Shown here: positions 31,544 to 40,841 of the stretch, piece after piece
Position numbering within the stretch: the first letter of the stretch is position 1
How the letters are laid out: every line of letters starts with the position of its first letter
The notes under the pieces: generated by a model
What the model was told of the DNA's origin: nothing
Database searches by the model: none
What the model saw: only the letters and a program-made list of their open reading frames with translations
Position numbers and translations under genes: made by a program
NCBI GenBank assembly: GCA_963793305.1
Contig: CAWBZV010000005.1
Location: 1,280,001-1,344,000, forward strand
Source: an uncultured Gemmatimonadales bacterium
GTDB taxonomy: Bacteria; Gemmatimonadota; Gemmatimonadetes; Gemmatimonadales; Gemmatimonadaceae
Reading direction: 5' to 3'
DNA length: 64,000 nucleotides

Positions 31544-31693
31544 CTAGAACAGGGAGTAGATGAATGGCGCGATGGCCGCGCCCTGCGTGAGGATGAGGAC
31601 GGTCCCGAGCACGACGAGGAACGTGACCGCCGGCCAGATCCAGTACCGACGCCTCACGCGAAGGAATTGCCAGAACTCGATGAGAGACCGCAT
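31544..31693 (-). CDS. SxtK/DUF5989-like small membrane protein (49 aa)
   Basis: Manual translation MRSLIEFWQFLRVRRRYWIWPAVTFLVVLGTVLILTQGAAIAPFIYSLF; typical APFIYxLF end. Below the ORF-track cutoff. Confidence 0.88.
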   Translation of the reverse strand: MRSLIEFWQFLRVRRRYWIWPAVTFLVVLGTVLILTQGAAIAPFIYSLF

Positions 31694-31694
31694 G

Positions 31695-32114
31695 TCAATA
31701 AGGTCGGGTCAGCGATTCGCGATCGACGACGTGTGAGGGGCGCTCGATCCAATAGGTCGGCTCGAGGGGATCCCGCCGCAAGCGAAGTATATCGATCCTG
31801 CGCCACCGCATGATGATCGCGGTCGGCGTCAGCAGGAGAAAGTACGCGATCGCCAGCACGACCGGACCGGTGACCCGCTGCATGATGTGTCCGAGTCCGG
31901 TCCACACCTTATTCGGCTGGTGGAGCCAATGCGGCGTCGCGAGACTCACCGCGGCGAGCAGCGCGGCCAGTGCCAGCGGCCATATGCGAACGTCCGCCCG
32001 TCGGACGAGCGGGAAGAGGGCGAGACAGACCAGAGCGCCGGCGATCGTCAGGCCGAATTGCCGATCAGACGGTCCTCGTGGAGGCGGCGGGACAATAGGA
32101 TCGAGCACGTTCAT
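31695..32114 (-). CDS. SxtJ family membrane protein
   Basis: SDRQFGL, two TMs, W..LG..., YFLLLTP, DILRL, TYWIER; ATGA coupling. Confidence 0.85.
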   Translation of the reverse strand: MNVLDPIVPPPPRGPSDRQFGLTIAGALVCLALFPLVRRADVRIWPLALAALLAAVSLATPHWLHQPNKVWTGLGHIMQRVTGPVVLAIAYFLLLTPTAIIMRWRRIDILRLRRDPLEPTYWIERPSHVVDRESLTRPY

Positions 32115-33028
32115 TGGGCTCGCCGAACCGACTGGAGGGTGGCGCGGACCGCGGTCCTGGCGGCCCGCCAATACCACGCCGGATAGGCGGGCCGTGTCGC
32201 ACCCTGGAGCAACGCCCGGCAGGCAGCGCCAGAGCGCCCGGCGCTCGCGTGCAGCCCGGCCAGCACGAGCGTGCTGTCGGCGCGCCGTCGACGCGCGATC
32301 GCGCGCAACGACGGGGCAGGGAGCGACACGGCGTGCTTGCCATACAGGCGCACCCACCCTTCGTATGCGCCGACCCGATCGACACTGTAGTGCGCGTGGC
32401 CGCCGGTGCGCACCGTGGTGAGCGGATCGGCGACGACGGCGACCGGGCTCCGCACGGCCAGCCGGATCCACATATCGTAGTCCTCGCAGAACCGCTGGCC
32501 CTCGTCGAACCCGCCGACTTCGGCGATGAGGCTGCGTTCGGCGAGCACGGAGGGCACGGCGACATGCGCCTCGAGTCTCAACAGGCGCTCGACGATGTCG
32601 CCGGTGTATGCGACCCATGGCGCGAACGTCCCGCTCGGGACGGGCTGGCTGTCAGGGCCGACGATGACCAGAGCAGTGTAGCTCCAGCGGCAGCCGGGTG
32701 ACGCCTTGAGGACGTTGAGCTGCACGGCGAGCTTGGTGGGCGCCCAGCTGTCATCCGAATCCAGGAACGCGAGATAGCGGCCGCGCGCACGCCGGATCGC
32801 CGTGTTCCGGACGACGGCGGGAATGCCCGAATGCGGTAACCAGAGGACCGTGATGCGCGGGTCGTCGAGCGTGCGGAGGTACGCCTTCGTCTCGTCTCCG
32901 GATCCGTCGTCGGCGATGATGAGCTCCCAGTCGGCGTGCGTCTGCCGGAGCGCCAATGCGATGGCCACCCGCAGGCAATCCATGCGATCATACACCGGAA
33001 GGATGATCGAGACGCTCGGGTCGGTCAC
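32111..33028 (-). CDS. GT2 family glycosyltransferase
   Basis: VSIILPVYD, ADDGSGD, FLDSDD, GGFDE, EDYDMW; GTGA coupling. Confidence 0.92.
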   Translation of the reverse strand: MTDPSVSIILPVYDRMDCLRVAIALALRQTHADWELIIADDGSGDETKAYLRTLDDPRITVLWLPHSGIPAVVRNTAIRRARGRYLAFLDSDDSWAPTKLAVQLNVLKASPGCRWSYTALVIVGPDSQPVPSGTFAPWVAYTGDIVERLLRLEAHVAVPSVLAERSLIAEVGGFDEGQRFCEDYDMWIRLAVRSPVAVVADPLTTVRTGGHAHYSVDRVGAYEGWVRLYGKHAVSLPAPSLRAIARRRRADSTLVLAGLHASAGRSGAACRALLQGATRPAYPAWYWRAARTAVRATLQSVRRAQ

Positions 33029-33972
33029 AGGAGCTCGATGTCCCGCGCGTACACGCATGGGCCCGCCATGTGGCAAAACGCCGGCCCATCGCTCATCAGC
33101 GTCTGTCGCACCACGTCGGTCACGAAAAACGTATGGGAGTGGATCGTGTGCACGGCCTGAATCTCGAGCTCGCGGACGAACAAGGCGTCCCGCGGCACGG
33201 GCAGCCCGAACTCCGGCGATACCCTGGTGGCGAACGGCAAAGCAGCCCAGTCGACGCACATCCGCTCGTGATGCTTGCCGAGTGCGTAGGCGTGCTGCTT
33301 GAACGCCGCCGGGAGCGCGCTGACGGCCAAACGTCGGCTGTGCGCCATGAGCGGAATGGCCGGACTCGTCGACCGGAGCGCCATCAAGAATTGTCCCGAC
33401 GAGACCGGGCCGATGAGATCCATCGGAAAGAGATCGCTCGCTCCGCCATCAATCACCGAGATCAGCGAGACTGGTCGCGGGCGCATGTAATACACGTTGA
33501 GCGCACGAAGGGCGCTCGGCGTCATGCGAAAGTTGTACGGATTGGGCTTCTTCTTTCGGCGATACCACCAGTCGCGGCCTTCGCGGGCGCGCTCCTGGAT
33601 GGGGCCGAGGCATCGATTGGTCGATCGCGTGACCTCGCAGATCCACAGGCGATGCCGTTCGGACGGCAGATCGATCGACTGACGTGCCCGCAACATCAAG
33701 CGCCCGCGTACCTGCGTGCCGTCATCCCAATCCTGCAGTGTCAGCGCGAGGGGGGCGGCGAGCACGATTTCCGGCGCGAGCGACGTCTCCAAGCAGAGGC
33801 CGATAGTGAGTGGCCGCAAAGAGACCGGGGCGTGATCGCAGCTCACATCGCGACTCTCGCCGAGCCCGTCCAAGATGACACGAGTGACCCGGCTCGGGTC
33901 TTGGAGCCCGACCGTGGCGTGCGCTTGCCAGGGTGCGCCCCCGAACAGGACGCGCTTGAGGAGTTGCTTCAT
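33025..33972 (-). CDS. Flavin-reductase-like (split-barrel) protein
   Basis: RPVSLISV...FPMD and C-terminal HSHTFFVTDVV resemble the flavin-reductase-like fold; coupled on both sides. Confidence 0.55.
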   Translation of the reverse strand: MKQLLKRVLFGGAPWQAHATVGLQDPSRVTRVILDGLGESRDVSCDHAPVSLRPLTIGLCLETSLAPEIVLAAPLALTLQDWDDGTQVRGRLMLRARQSIDLPSERHRLWICEVTRSTNRCLGPIQERAREGRDWWYRRKKKPNPYNFRMTPSALRALNVYYMRPRPVSLISVIDGGASDLFPMDLIGPVSSGQFLMALRSTSPAIPLMAHSRRLAVSALPAAFKQHAYALGKHHERMCVDWAALPFATRVSPEFGLPVPRDALFVRELEIQAVHTIHSHTFFVTDVVRQTLMSDGPAFCHMAGPCVYARDIELL

Positions 33973-34625
33973 GGCGCGCGCTGGAATCCGAGAAAGGTGA
34001 ACTGCCCGAGCAGGCCACCACGACGCAGCACCAGACGGAACGCAGGAGCGGCGGCGCGCGCGATGGCTCCGACGTAGTGGCGATAGCTCGCGGCGTCGCT
34101 GCCCTCGACGGTCAGCATCGCCGTCCCCCAACTCCTCGAGAGGGCGCGCCACCACCAGCCGCAGCGCAGATCGCGCCAATAGAATGGATTGATCACGCTG
34201 ACGATAACCTGGCCCCCGGGCGCCACCGCTCGCGCAAAGCGCCCGAAGAGGTCGCCCAGGTCGGGCACCAGATTGAGCACGGCAAAGTTGGCGACGATCG
34301 CGTCGACCTGGCCATCGAACGGGACGGTGAGTGGGGTCACCACCCCGTCCGCAATCTCCCGCGAGCAACGAATGGCGAGCTGGTCGATCATCCGTGGTGA
34401 GGGATCGTACGCGATGACGGTGAAGCCGCGGCTGGCGTACCACGCGGCATCGAGGCCGGTGCCGCACCCGAAGTCGAGTACGCGCGATGCTGGTGGGATG
34501 CGGTCCGCGACGAGCGTGCGGAAGGCATCGCGAAATCGGGCGTTCCGCGGCTCGCGATCCATCGTCGCGTCGTACCGCGCGGCCTGCGCATCGTAGTACG
34601 CGGCAATCCGCGCGGCGTCAATCAT
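33969..34625 (-). CDS. Class I SAM-dependent methyltransferase
   Basis: VLDFGCGTG motif I; DPSPRM; APGG. Confidence 0.9.
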   Translation of the reverse strand: MIDAARIAAYYDAQAARYDATMDREPRNARFRDAFRTLVADRIPPASRVLDFGCGTGLDAAWYASRGFTVIAYDPSPRMIDQLAIRCSREIADGVVTPLTVPFDGQVDAIVANFAVLNLVPDLGDLFGRFARAVAPGGQVIVSVINPFYWRDLRCGWWWRALSRSWGTAMLTVEGSDAASYRHYVGAIARAAAPAFRLVLRRGGLLGQFTFLGFQRAP

Positions 34626-35559
34626 GGATCACCCGCGGGACGCCCGCGACGATGACGAGCGCAACGTCGGCCTCCGTTGCTTCCCAGACCGGGCGGCGGA
34701 ACACCGCGAGGTCCGCTGGCGCGCCGCACTCGAGCGATGGCTCCGGAAGTCCCAATCGCCGCGCCGCCGTGCGGCCGACCGCATCGAGCAGCCGCTCGTC
34801 GGACATGAGTCCCGACGTCCTCGCGAATCTCAGCTCATCGAGTAGAGACCCGGCGCCGGTAAGCAATGAATCGCTGCCGAGCAGTATGTCTATCCCTGGA
34901 GCCAAAAGATCCGCCGGCACAGTCGCGTCGAATAAAAACGCATTGGATGAAGGGCACCAGATGACCGCCGCTCCGCTCCCCCGTAGCCGCCGCACACCAT
35001 CGTCGTCGGTTCCGACCACGTGGACGGCCAGCAGGGACGGCGTCAAAAGACCCCGCCGATCCAGTTCGCGGACCTCGTCGGCCGATCGTTCGTCGACCCC
35101 TTCGGCGAGATGCATTGTCCACGGCCCCTCGCGTCTGCCGTCCGGCGGCTCGATGCCGAGCGAGTGCACGTTCGGCACCCGAGCAACCCGAACGGGGAAT
35201 TCCGGGTCGTCGAACGCCGGCTCCCACGCATCGTGATGCACCACGGTAGTCACGCCGGCAGCCAGATTCTTCCACGCGCCCGTCTGCAGCGCTTCCCGAC
35301 GCGGCACAGCGCGCGCCCGCTCGATCTCATGGGCGAAGCGCACGTGGATGTCGTCCCCCCACTCGTACGCGTTGGCATACGGCGGACAACCGAGCCGACC
35401 GTAGTGGTTCCGGTGTAGGTGATCGTGCGCGTTGATCAATCCGGGCCGCAACTCGCCATCCGGGATACGGAGCACACGATCGATCCGTCCCGTGGGCGGC
35501 ACGATGATCCCGTCCTCGATGCCAACGGTGGCATTCCGCGCCTCGATGACGAGCTTCAC
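34618..35559 (-). CDS. Metal-dependent amidohydrolase/deaminase family protein
   Basis: PGLINAHDHL, AGVTTVVHH, HLAEG, WCPSSN, LGSDS, GAPADL. Confidence 0.9.
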   Translation of the reverse strand: MKLVIEARNATVGIEDGIIVPPTGRIDRVLRIPDGELRPGLINAHDHLHRNHYGRLGCPPYANAYEWGDDIHVRFAHEIERARAVPRREALQTGAWKNLAAGVTTVVHHDAWEPAFDDPEFPVRVARVPNVHSLGIEPPDGRREGPWTMHLAEGVDERSADEVRELDRRGLLTPSLLAVHVVGTDDDGVRRLRGSGAAVIWCPSSNAFLFDATVPADLLAPGIDILLGSDSLLTGAGSLLDELRFARTSGLMSDERLLDAVGRTAARRLGLPEPSLECGAPADLAVFRRPVWEATEADVALVIVAGVPRVIHD

Positions 35560-36224
35560 CGCCGCGCCTCGCGCCGATAGGCGAGCACCAGCACGAGCTT
35601 GAGCCCCCGCTGCGCCTCATACACGCCGAGTCGATCGGCCGTCGCGTAGAACGGCCGAATGAGCGGGCCGACGATGCCGTCATGCCGCACGGTTCTGGCG
35701 AGGCCGGCTCGCACGGCCGCCGCCCGGTGCGCCGCATCGTCATGCACCCAATGCTCGATCTCATGCGTCACGCCATCCGCGTCGCGGAACGTGCGTCGAT
35801 GCCCGGCGGCGACGGCGTCAGAATGGAAGTCGGTGACGACGACCGTCCCACCCGCCCGGCACACCCGCGCGAGCTCGGCGTACGTCGCGTCGAGCTCGCG
35901 GATGTGCCCGATGACGAGCCGACACCACACGACATCGAACGACGCAGTCGCAAATGGCAGCGCGCGCAGATCGGCCGCGGCCACGGGCTCCACGCGATCT
36001 GGTGATTGCAGCATCTCCGGTACCGCGTCCACGCCGACGGCAAATCGCGCCGGGATCCCCCGCATGCGCCTCCCAACACCACACCCTGCATCCAGCAGTC
36101 GCCGGCCAGCAACCGGCACGGTCAGCGCCCCGACGAGCCGGTCCTCGAGGAAGCTGACGGCAGTCTCCGCCTCATAGCACGGAGCCCACAGCCGATACCC
36201 CTCCCGACTCGACAACATGCTCAC
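35556..36224 (-). CDS. Class I SAM-dependent methyltransferase (BioC-like)
   Basis: GYRLWAPCY, LLDAGCGVG, LPFATASFDVV, TDFH. Confidence 0.9.
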   Translation of the reverse strand: MSMLSSREGYRLWAPCYEAETAVSFLEDRLVGALTVPVAGRRLLDAGCGVGRRMRGIPARFAVGVDAVPEMLQSPDRVEPVAAADLRALPFATASFDVVWCRLVIGHIRELDATYAELARVCRAGGTVVVTDFHSDAVAAGHRRTFRDADGVTHEIEHWVHDDAAHRAAAVRAGLARTVRHDGIVGPLIRPFYATADRLGVYEAQRGLKLVLVLAYRREARR

Positions 36225-37726
36225 CGTGCGGCTTCTCGCAGATGTCCGTACGCCTGCCGATCGTCGGGCACTCGCTGGGCCCACCGTCGCACCGTGCGCA
36301 ACGCCCGAGGGTGGGAGAAGTTGCCACGCGCCCACCGTCCACGCGCCAGCACTTGCCCGAGCGTCCGCCCCCACCCTTGGACCCTGGTATCATGCACCGA
36401 CGGAAAGCGGCTCTTGAGCACCAGGGTGAAATCTTCGACTCGTTCTTTCAATCGCCGGTCGAGCCATGGCACGTGTGGATCTTCGTGCGTCATCCACGAC
36501 ACCCACTCCGGCTGCGTCCACTCGTCCAGCGTGGTCGGTGTTCCGCTGAGCGCATCGACGTTGCCGTACGTCCCGCGTCGCTGCGGGGTCGGCGTATAGA
36601 AGTACGAGATCAGCTCCATCGCCGGATTGACGGTCTTGAGTCGCCGAATGAACGTCAGCGTGTTCTCGATCTCCCGCTCGGGATCATCTGGATCGCCGAA
36701 CACGAACGAGAACTCCGGGATGATCCCGTGTATCCGCGACCGTGCGGCGACCTCGAGCACCTGCGCCGTCGTGATTTTCTTGTTCATCTTCTGCAGCACC
36801 GCGTCCGATCCCGACTCGGCCCCGCAAAACACCATGGTCAGCCCCGCGCGCTTGAGGAGCCGCCAGGTGTCGTCCGAGAATCGCAGGAGCGCATCGACTC
36901 GCGCTTCGCACCACCACCGCAATCCGAGCGGCGCGATCCGCTCAGCAAATTCTCTCGCGTGGTCTTCGCCGACAAAAAAGTTATTGTCGTAGAAATGCAC
37001 GGAATCCATCCCGTGTCTTCGCGCCAGCATTGCCAGATGCCGTACCGTTCGCGCCGGCGACTGCTGTCTCTCCCGGCTCCCGAACACCGAGATGACGCCG
37101 CAGAAGTTGCACCCGTACGGACACCCGATCGACGCCTGATACACACCGGATCGCCGTCCGAGAAATGTGGGTCGGAGATACGTCTCGATCGGGATCTTAT
37201 AGTAGGCCGGCTCGGGCAACGCATCAGGCCCGACCCACCGCCGCTCATGCCCGATCCAATGGTTGCCGTCCGGCTCCCGGAATCCGAGACCCGCCACGGT
37301 TTTTGGATCGCGATGGCCTGCGAGCACGTCGAGCAGCTCGACGAACGTCTGTTCGCCCTGCCCGCGGACGATCCAATCGACGTCCGGCGAGTTGAGCACG
37401 GGCGTCGGGTAGAGGCTCGGGAAGTTGCCACCCCACACGATCGGCAGATGCGGATGCCGCGCCTTGAGCGCGTGCGCCAACGGCACCGCGCTCACCAGCT
37501 GCGGCCCGGGCATCACGCTGAACGCGACCACCGTCACGGGGTCCCCCGTGCCACGGCGCCGATCGATATGCGTCTCGATCTCGGCCAATACGTCGATGTC
37601 GGGCAGATTCCCATCGACGATCTCCCAGCTCACGCCTTCGGGAAGCGCCGCGCCGACGGCCATCACCGACAGCGGGAAGCGCCGGTTCTTCGGGCGTGTC
37701 GCCCTCGGGTTGACAAAGACAATCAT
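36221..37726 (-). CDS. B12-binding domain radical SAM enzyme
   Basis: N-terminal cobalamin-binding region (FPLS, IVWGGNFPS), CPYGCNFC, FYDNNF, GAESGS. Confidence 0.93.
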   Translation of the reverse strand: MIVFVNPRATRPKNRRFPLSVMAVGAALPEGVSWEIVDGNLPDIDVLAEIETHIDRRRGTGDPVTVVAFSVMPGPQLVSAVPLAHALKARHPHLPIVWGGNFPSLYPTPVLNSPDVDWIVRGQGEQTFVELLDVLAGHRDPKTVAGLGFREPDGNHWIGHERRWVGPDALPEPAYYKIPIETYLRPTFLGRRSGVYQASIGCPYGCNFCGVISVFGSRERQQSPARTVRHLAMLARRHGMDSVHFYDNNFFVGEDHAREFAERIAPLGLRWWCEARVDALLRFSDDTWRLLKRAGLTMVFCGAESGSDAVLQKMNKKITTAQVLEVAARSRIHGIIPEFSFVFGDPDDPEREIENTLTFIRRLKTVNPAMELISYFYTPTPQRRGTYGNVDALSGTPTTLDEWTQPEWVSWMTHEDPHVPWLDRRLKERVEDFTLVLKSRFPSVHDTRVQGWGRTLGQVLARGRWARGNFSHPRALRTVRRWAQRVPDDRQAYGHLREAAR

Positions 37727-38490
37727 GCGATACGCTCGAAGTGATACAGCACGTGATCGCCGAGCGGCGCCAGCGGCCGCGAGACGACGCGGTCGATGGC
37801 TTCCATCGCGCCCAGCAAGTGCGGATGTCCAGAGATCCACGGCTCAGCCGCGCTCGGCGGCACGGCGACGCCAATGCCAAGGCGTCGGACGAGCCGGAAC
37901 CAAGGCCGCATGGCGCTCACGATCTCCCATGGCCGGTGATAGCGAACCACGAAATGTTGCCCGCCGAGGCGCGCCGGCGCGTCGTGGTGCAAGCGTCGCA
38001 CGGCGGCCCGGAGGTCGCGCCGTGCGAGTTGCACGACGACCTCGCCAGGTGAGCACGTGCCGAACAAGACGAGGAGCGCTTGGCCCCCAGGTCGCACCAA
38101 TCGCGCGAGCCCTCGGGCGACGGGGACCAGATCGGTGACGCAGTTCAGCCCCGCGAAGTTCGAGAACGCACCGTCGAACGCCGGTTGATCCAACTCATCG
38201 AGCCGCTCGGCCGGCAGCACGGCGGCCGATGCGCCGAGCCGTTCTTGCGCGATGCGGACCATCGCCGGTGCCGCGTCGGTGAGAAAGACGTGTCGCCCGT
38301 GCGCGGTGAGCCATTCGGCGTCGACTCCCGTTCCGCCGCCCACTTCCAGCACGCGCGATCCCGGCGGGAATGCGCCGAGCAGGGCGGCACGCACGGCGCG
38401 GCGCTGCGCGGCAACGCTGAGCCATGCCCCGTAGCGTTCGTCGAAGCGATCGGCGATCGCGTCGAAGGCGAGAGCAGCCGCGGTCGTCAT
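37723..38490 (-). CDS. Class I SAM-dependent methyltransferase
   Basis: VLEVGGGTG, FDGAFSNFAGLNC, RPGG. Confidence 0.9.
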   Translation of the reverse strand: MTTAAALAFDAIADRFDERYGAWLSVAAQRRAVRAALLGAFPPGSRVLEVGGGTGVDAEWLTAHGRHVFLTDAAPAMVRIAQERLGASAAVLPAERLDELDQPAFDGAFSNFAGLNCVTDLVPVARGLARLVRPGGQALLVLFGTCSPGEVVVQLARRDLRAAVRRLHHDAPARLGGQHFVVRYHRPWEIVSAMRPWFRLVRRLGIGVAVPPSAAEPWISGHPHLLGAMEAIDRVVSRPLAPLGDHVLYHFERIA

Positions 38491-39839
38491 GCCGAGCGGC
38501 CGCTGGCGAGCTCAGTCCACCGCCCGACGTCTTCCTCGCCGGTCGTGACTTCGTGGTGCAACGCGTCCCGCAACTGGCGATAGAAGTTGGTGTTGTATGT
38601 GCCGTGGAAGAGCATGGCGAGATCGTCGGTATGCTCCCAATTCCGCTTCGCCCCGAGCTCGGCCACTACGTTCTCGTGGAACTTGGTCCCAGGCAACGGA
38701 TACGAGACCGACACGCCGATCTCGTCGGGTCGTTCCTCGCGAATGAGATCGCGGGTCAACAGGACGTCGTTCCACGTCTCCGACGGATAGCCGAGCTGGA
38801 TGAACCAGCAGGCGCGAATACCCCGCGCTTTGAGCGCCCGGGTGGCCGCGCGGGCTTCTTCGACGCGCGTGCCCTTATCCATGGCGTCGAGGATTTTCTG
38901 GGATCCCGACTCGACGCCGAGCCAGACCTCTTCGGCTCCGGCCGCCGCCAACGCACTGACGACATCCGGCCGCATAAGGTTCACGCGTGACTGGATCATG
39001 AACGGCGTCTCGGCTCCTTCGCGCGCGACGGCGCGCGCGAAGTCCGCAATCCACTCCGCCGTCAACCCGAAGATGTCATCGGCGAACCAGATGTGATCGG
39101 CGCCGATCTCGTTCTTGATGTGGCGCATCTCGGCCGCGACGGCGCCGGGAGACCGTTGCGTGTACCGCCGCCCGAACACGGGCTTCGCGCACCAGTTGCA
39201 TCCATATGGGCAGCCGCGGGACGTCACCATGTTCCACGAGAAGCGACCATGGTGATCGACCCACACGTCACGGTACGCCTCGACATCGATCAGGTCCCAC
39301 GCCGGGAGCGGCAGCACGTCGAGATCGCGGAGGGCATGCCGCGAGGGCGTCGTCGTTCCGTCCGGCAGGATCAACCCAGGCACCTCGGTGAGTGCCGCGT
39401 TCGGATCGCTCACCCAGATGTCGGCGAGCTGCAGCACAGCCATTTCGCTCTCGCCGAAGAGCACCGCATCGGCGCCGGCCGCGAGATAGATCGCGGGACG
39501 GTCCGACGAGTCCGACCCATTGACGACCACGCGGGCGCCGCGAGCGCGCGCCGCGCGAATCATCGCCAGGGTCGCCTCGCGCGTGCGGGTCGTACACATC
39601 TTCGTGAGGTAATTGAAGTTGTCCTCGACGATGGCCACGATGTCCGGTCGCACGTCGTCGAGCATCGCCGTGAACGCGTCCACGCCCGATGCCAGCATCG
39701 CATCGAAGAACGCGACGGGATGCCGTCGTTGGCGCAAGAGCCCGGCGGTCAGCAGTGTCGCCAGCGGCGCGTACGGCTTCATGCGCGCGAGCTGTTTCGG
39801 GTCGTTGCGGAGAAAGTACGAATGCGCGATCAAAATCAT
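38487..39839 (-). CDS. B12-binding domain radical SAM enzyme
   Basis: YAPLA...GESE, SRGCPYGCNWC, FADDIF, GVESGSQKILD, YPLPGT. Confidence 0.93.
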   Translation of the reverse strand: MILIAHSYFLRNDPKQLARMKPYAPLATLLTAGLLRQRRHPVAFFDAMLASGVDAFTAMLDDVRPDIVAIVEDNFNYLTKMCTTRTREATLAMIRAARARGARVVVNGSDSSDRPAIYLAAGADAVLFGESEMAVLQLADIWVSDPNAALTEVPGLILPDGTTTPSRHALRDLDVLPLPAWDLIDVEAYRDVWVDHHGRFSWNMVTSRGCPYGCNWCAKPVFGRRYTQRSPGAVAAEMRHIKNEIGADHIWFADDIFGLTAEWIADFARAVAREGAETPFMIQSRVNLMRPDVVSALAAAGAEEVWLGVESGSQKILDAMDKGTRVEEARAATRALKARGIRACWFIQLGYPSETWNDVLLTRDLIREERPDEIGVSVSYPLPGTKFHENVVAELGAKRNWEHTDDLAMLFHGTYNTNFYRQLRDALHHEVTTGEEDVGRWTELASGRSA

Positions 39840-40841
39840 GACACCCTCTGGGCAGCGTCGAGCATCGTGACGAGATGCGGCACGGCGCTCGATGGATCGT
39901 TGGAGACGGCGAGCTCCCATCCGCCGACACCCGCCAAAGCGCGAGCGCAGGCGGCGAGCCGCGTGGGGAAACGATCGAATCCGGGTTCCGGTTCCCGAGC
40001 CAGCGCGGCCGCGACAGTCTCCGGTCGCGCTCGCGTCAATACGGTCTCGTCACTGGTTCGCGTCAGTAAGCACACTACCGCGCGCTCCGCGCGCAGTGCC
40101 GCATCGCTCGGGCGATCGAGCGCGACGGATATCTTGCACTTCCCGCTCGGCAGCCTGACCGGATCGAGCGCCGCCAGCGTCGGAAATCGTTCTCTCGCAT
40201 CCGGCAGAAGCGAGATGCGCCGTCCACGCGTCGGCGGCCCCCACACGGTCATCCGAGGCCGCAACTGCACCCACACGGTGTCATCGCTCACGACGGTGAG
40301 GCCTGCTAGAATGCGCCGCATACGCGAGTGTGCTCTTGCCCGCGCCGCTGGGCCCCAACAACAACACGATCGCCCCACCATGCGACACCGCTGCCGCATG
40401 AACGGGGTGGCGATCGTAGTGATCGACGATGGCGTAGGTCAGCGCCTCGAGGATGGTCTGTCGAAACTCCATCTTCCGAGCGACTAGCGCACACGGCACA
40501 AAGCCAAGGGCCTGGCGTCGAATCGGATCGGCCACGGCGACGCGATCGGCGCCGTGCAGAATGAGTCGAGACGCGTCGGGGGACCACACCCGTGCCGCCG
40601 AGGACGGCGCCGCGTGCTCCCCGTGCACCACGATGCGCACGAGCAGCGGCTTTCGTCGCCACGGCTTGCTCCCGGCAACCGCATCGCCGAACGCGTCCGC
40701 CGCGGCGTCGAGAACAGCGTAGCTGTTGCTCTCGAAGCGTACCGGCACGCCCAACACACTCGTGGTCAGCACCTGATCCGTCACGATGTCGCGACCGAGC
40801 GGGTCACGACTCTCCGAGAAGTCGATGCCGCAGTGGTTCAT
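39836..40841 (-). CDS. HPr-kinase-like P-loop protein (about 334 aa after removing a +1 base at 40309-40314)
   Basis: VHAAAV...GPSGAGKSTLAYAA-HLAGLTVVSDD after correcting CGCATTC to CGCATC. Confidence 0.85.

Noticed and set aside
29771..32114. Saxitoxin biosynthesis
   Set aside because: Only sxtI/J/K-like genes are present. There is no sxtA, sxtG or other core gene, and the trio is widespread outside toxin clusters.
24846..39839. Phosphonate (fosmidomycin/fosfomycin-like) cluster suggested by Fsr and B12-rSAMs
   Set aside because: No PEP mutase or other C-P bond enzyme is in the window, and Fsr-family MFS genes are common.
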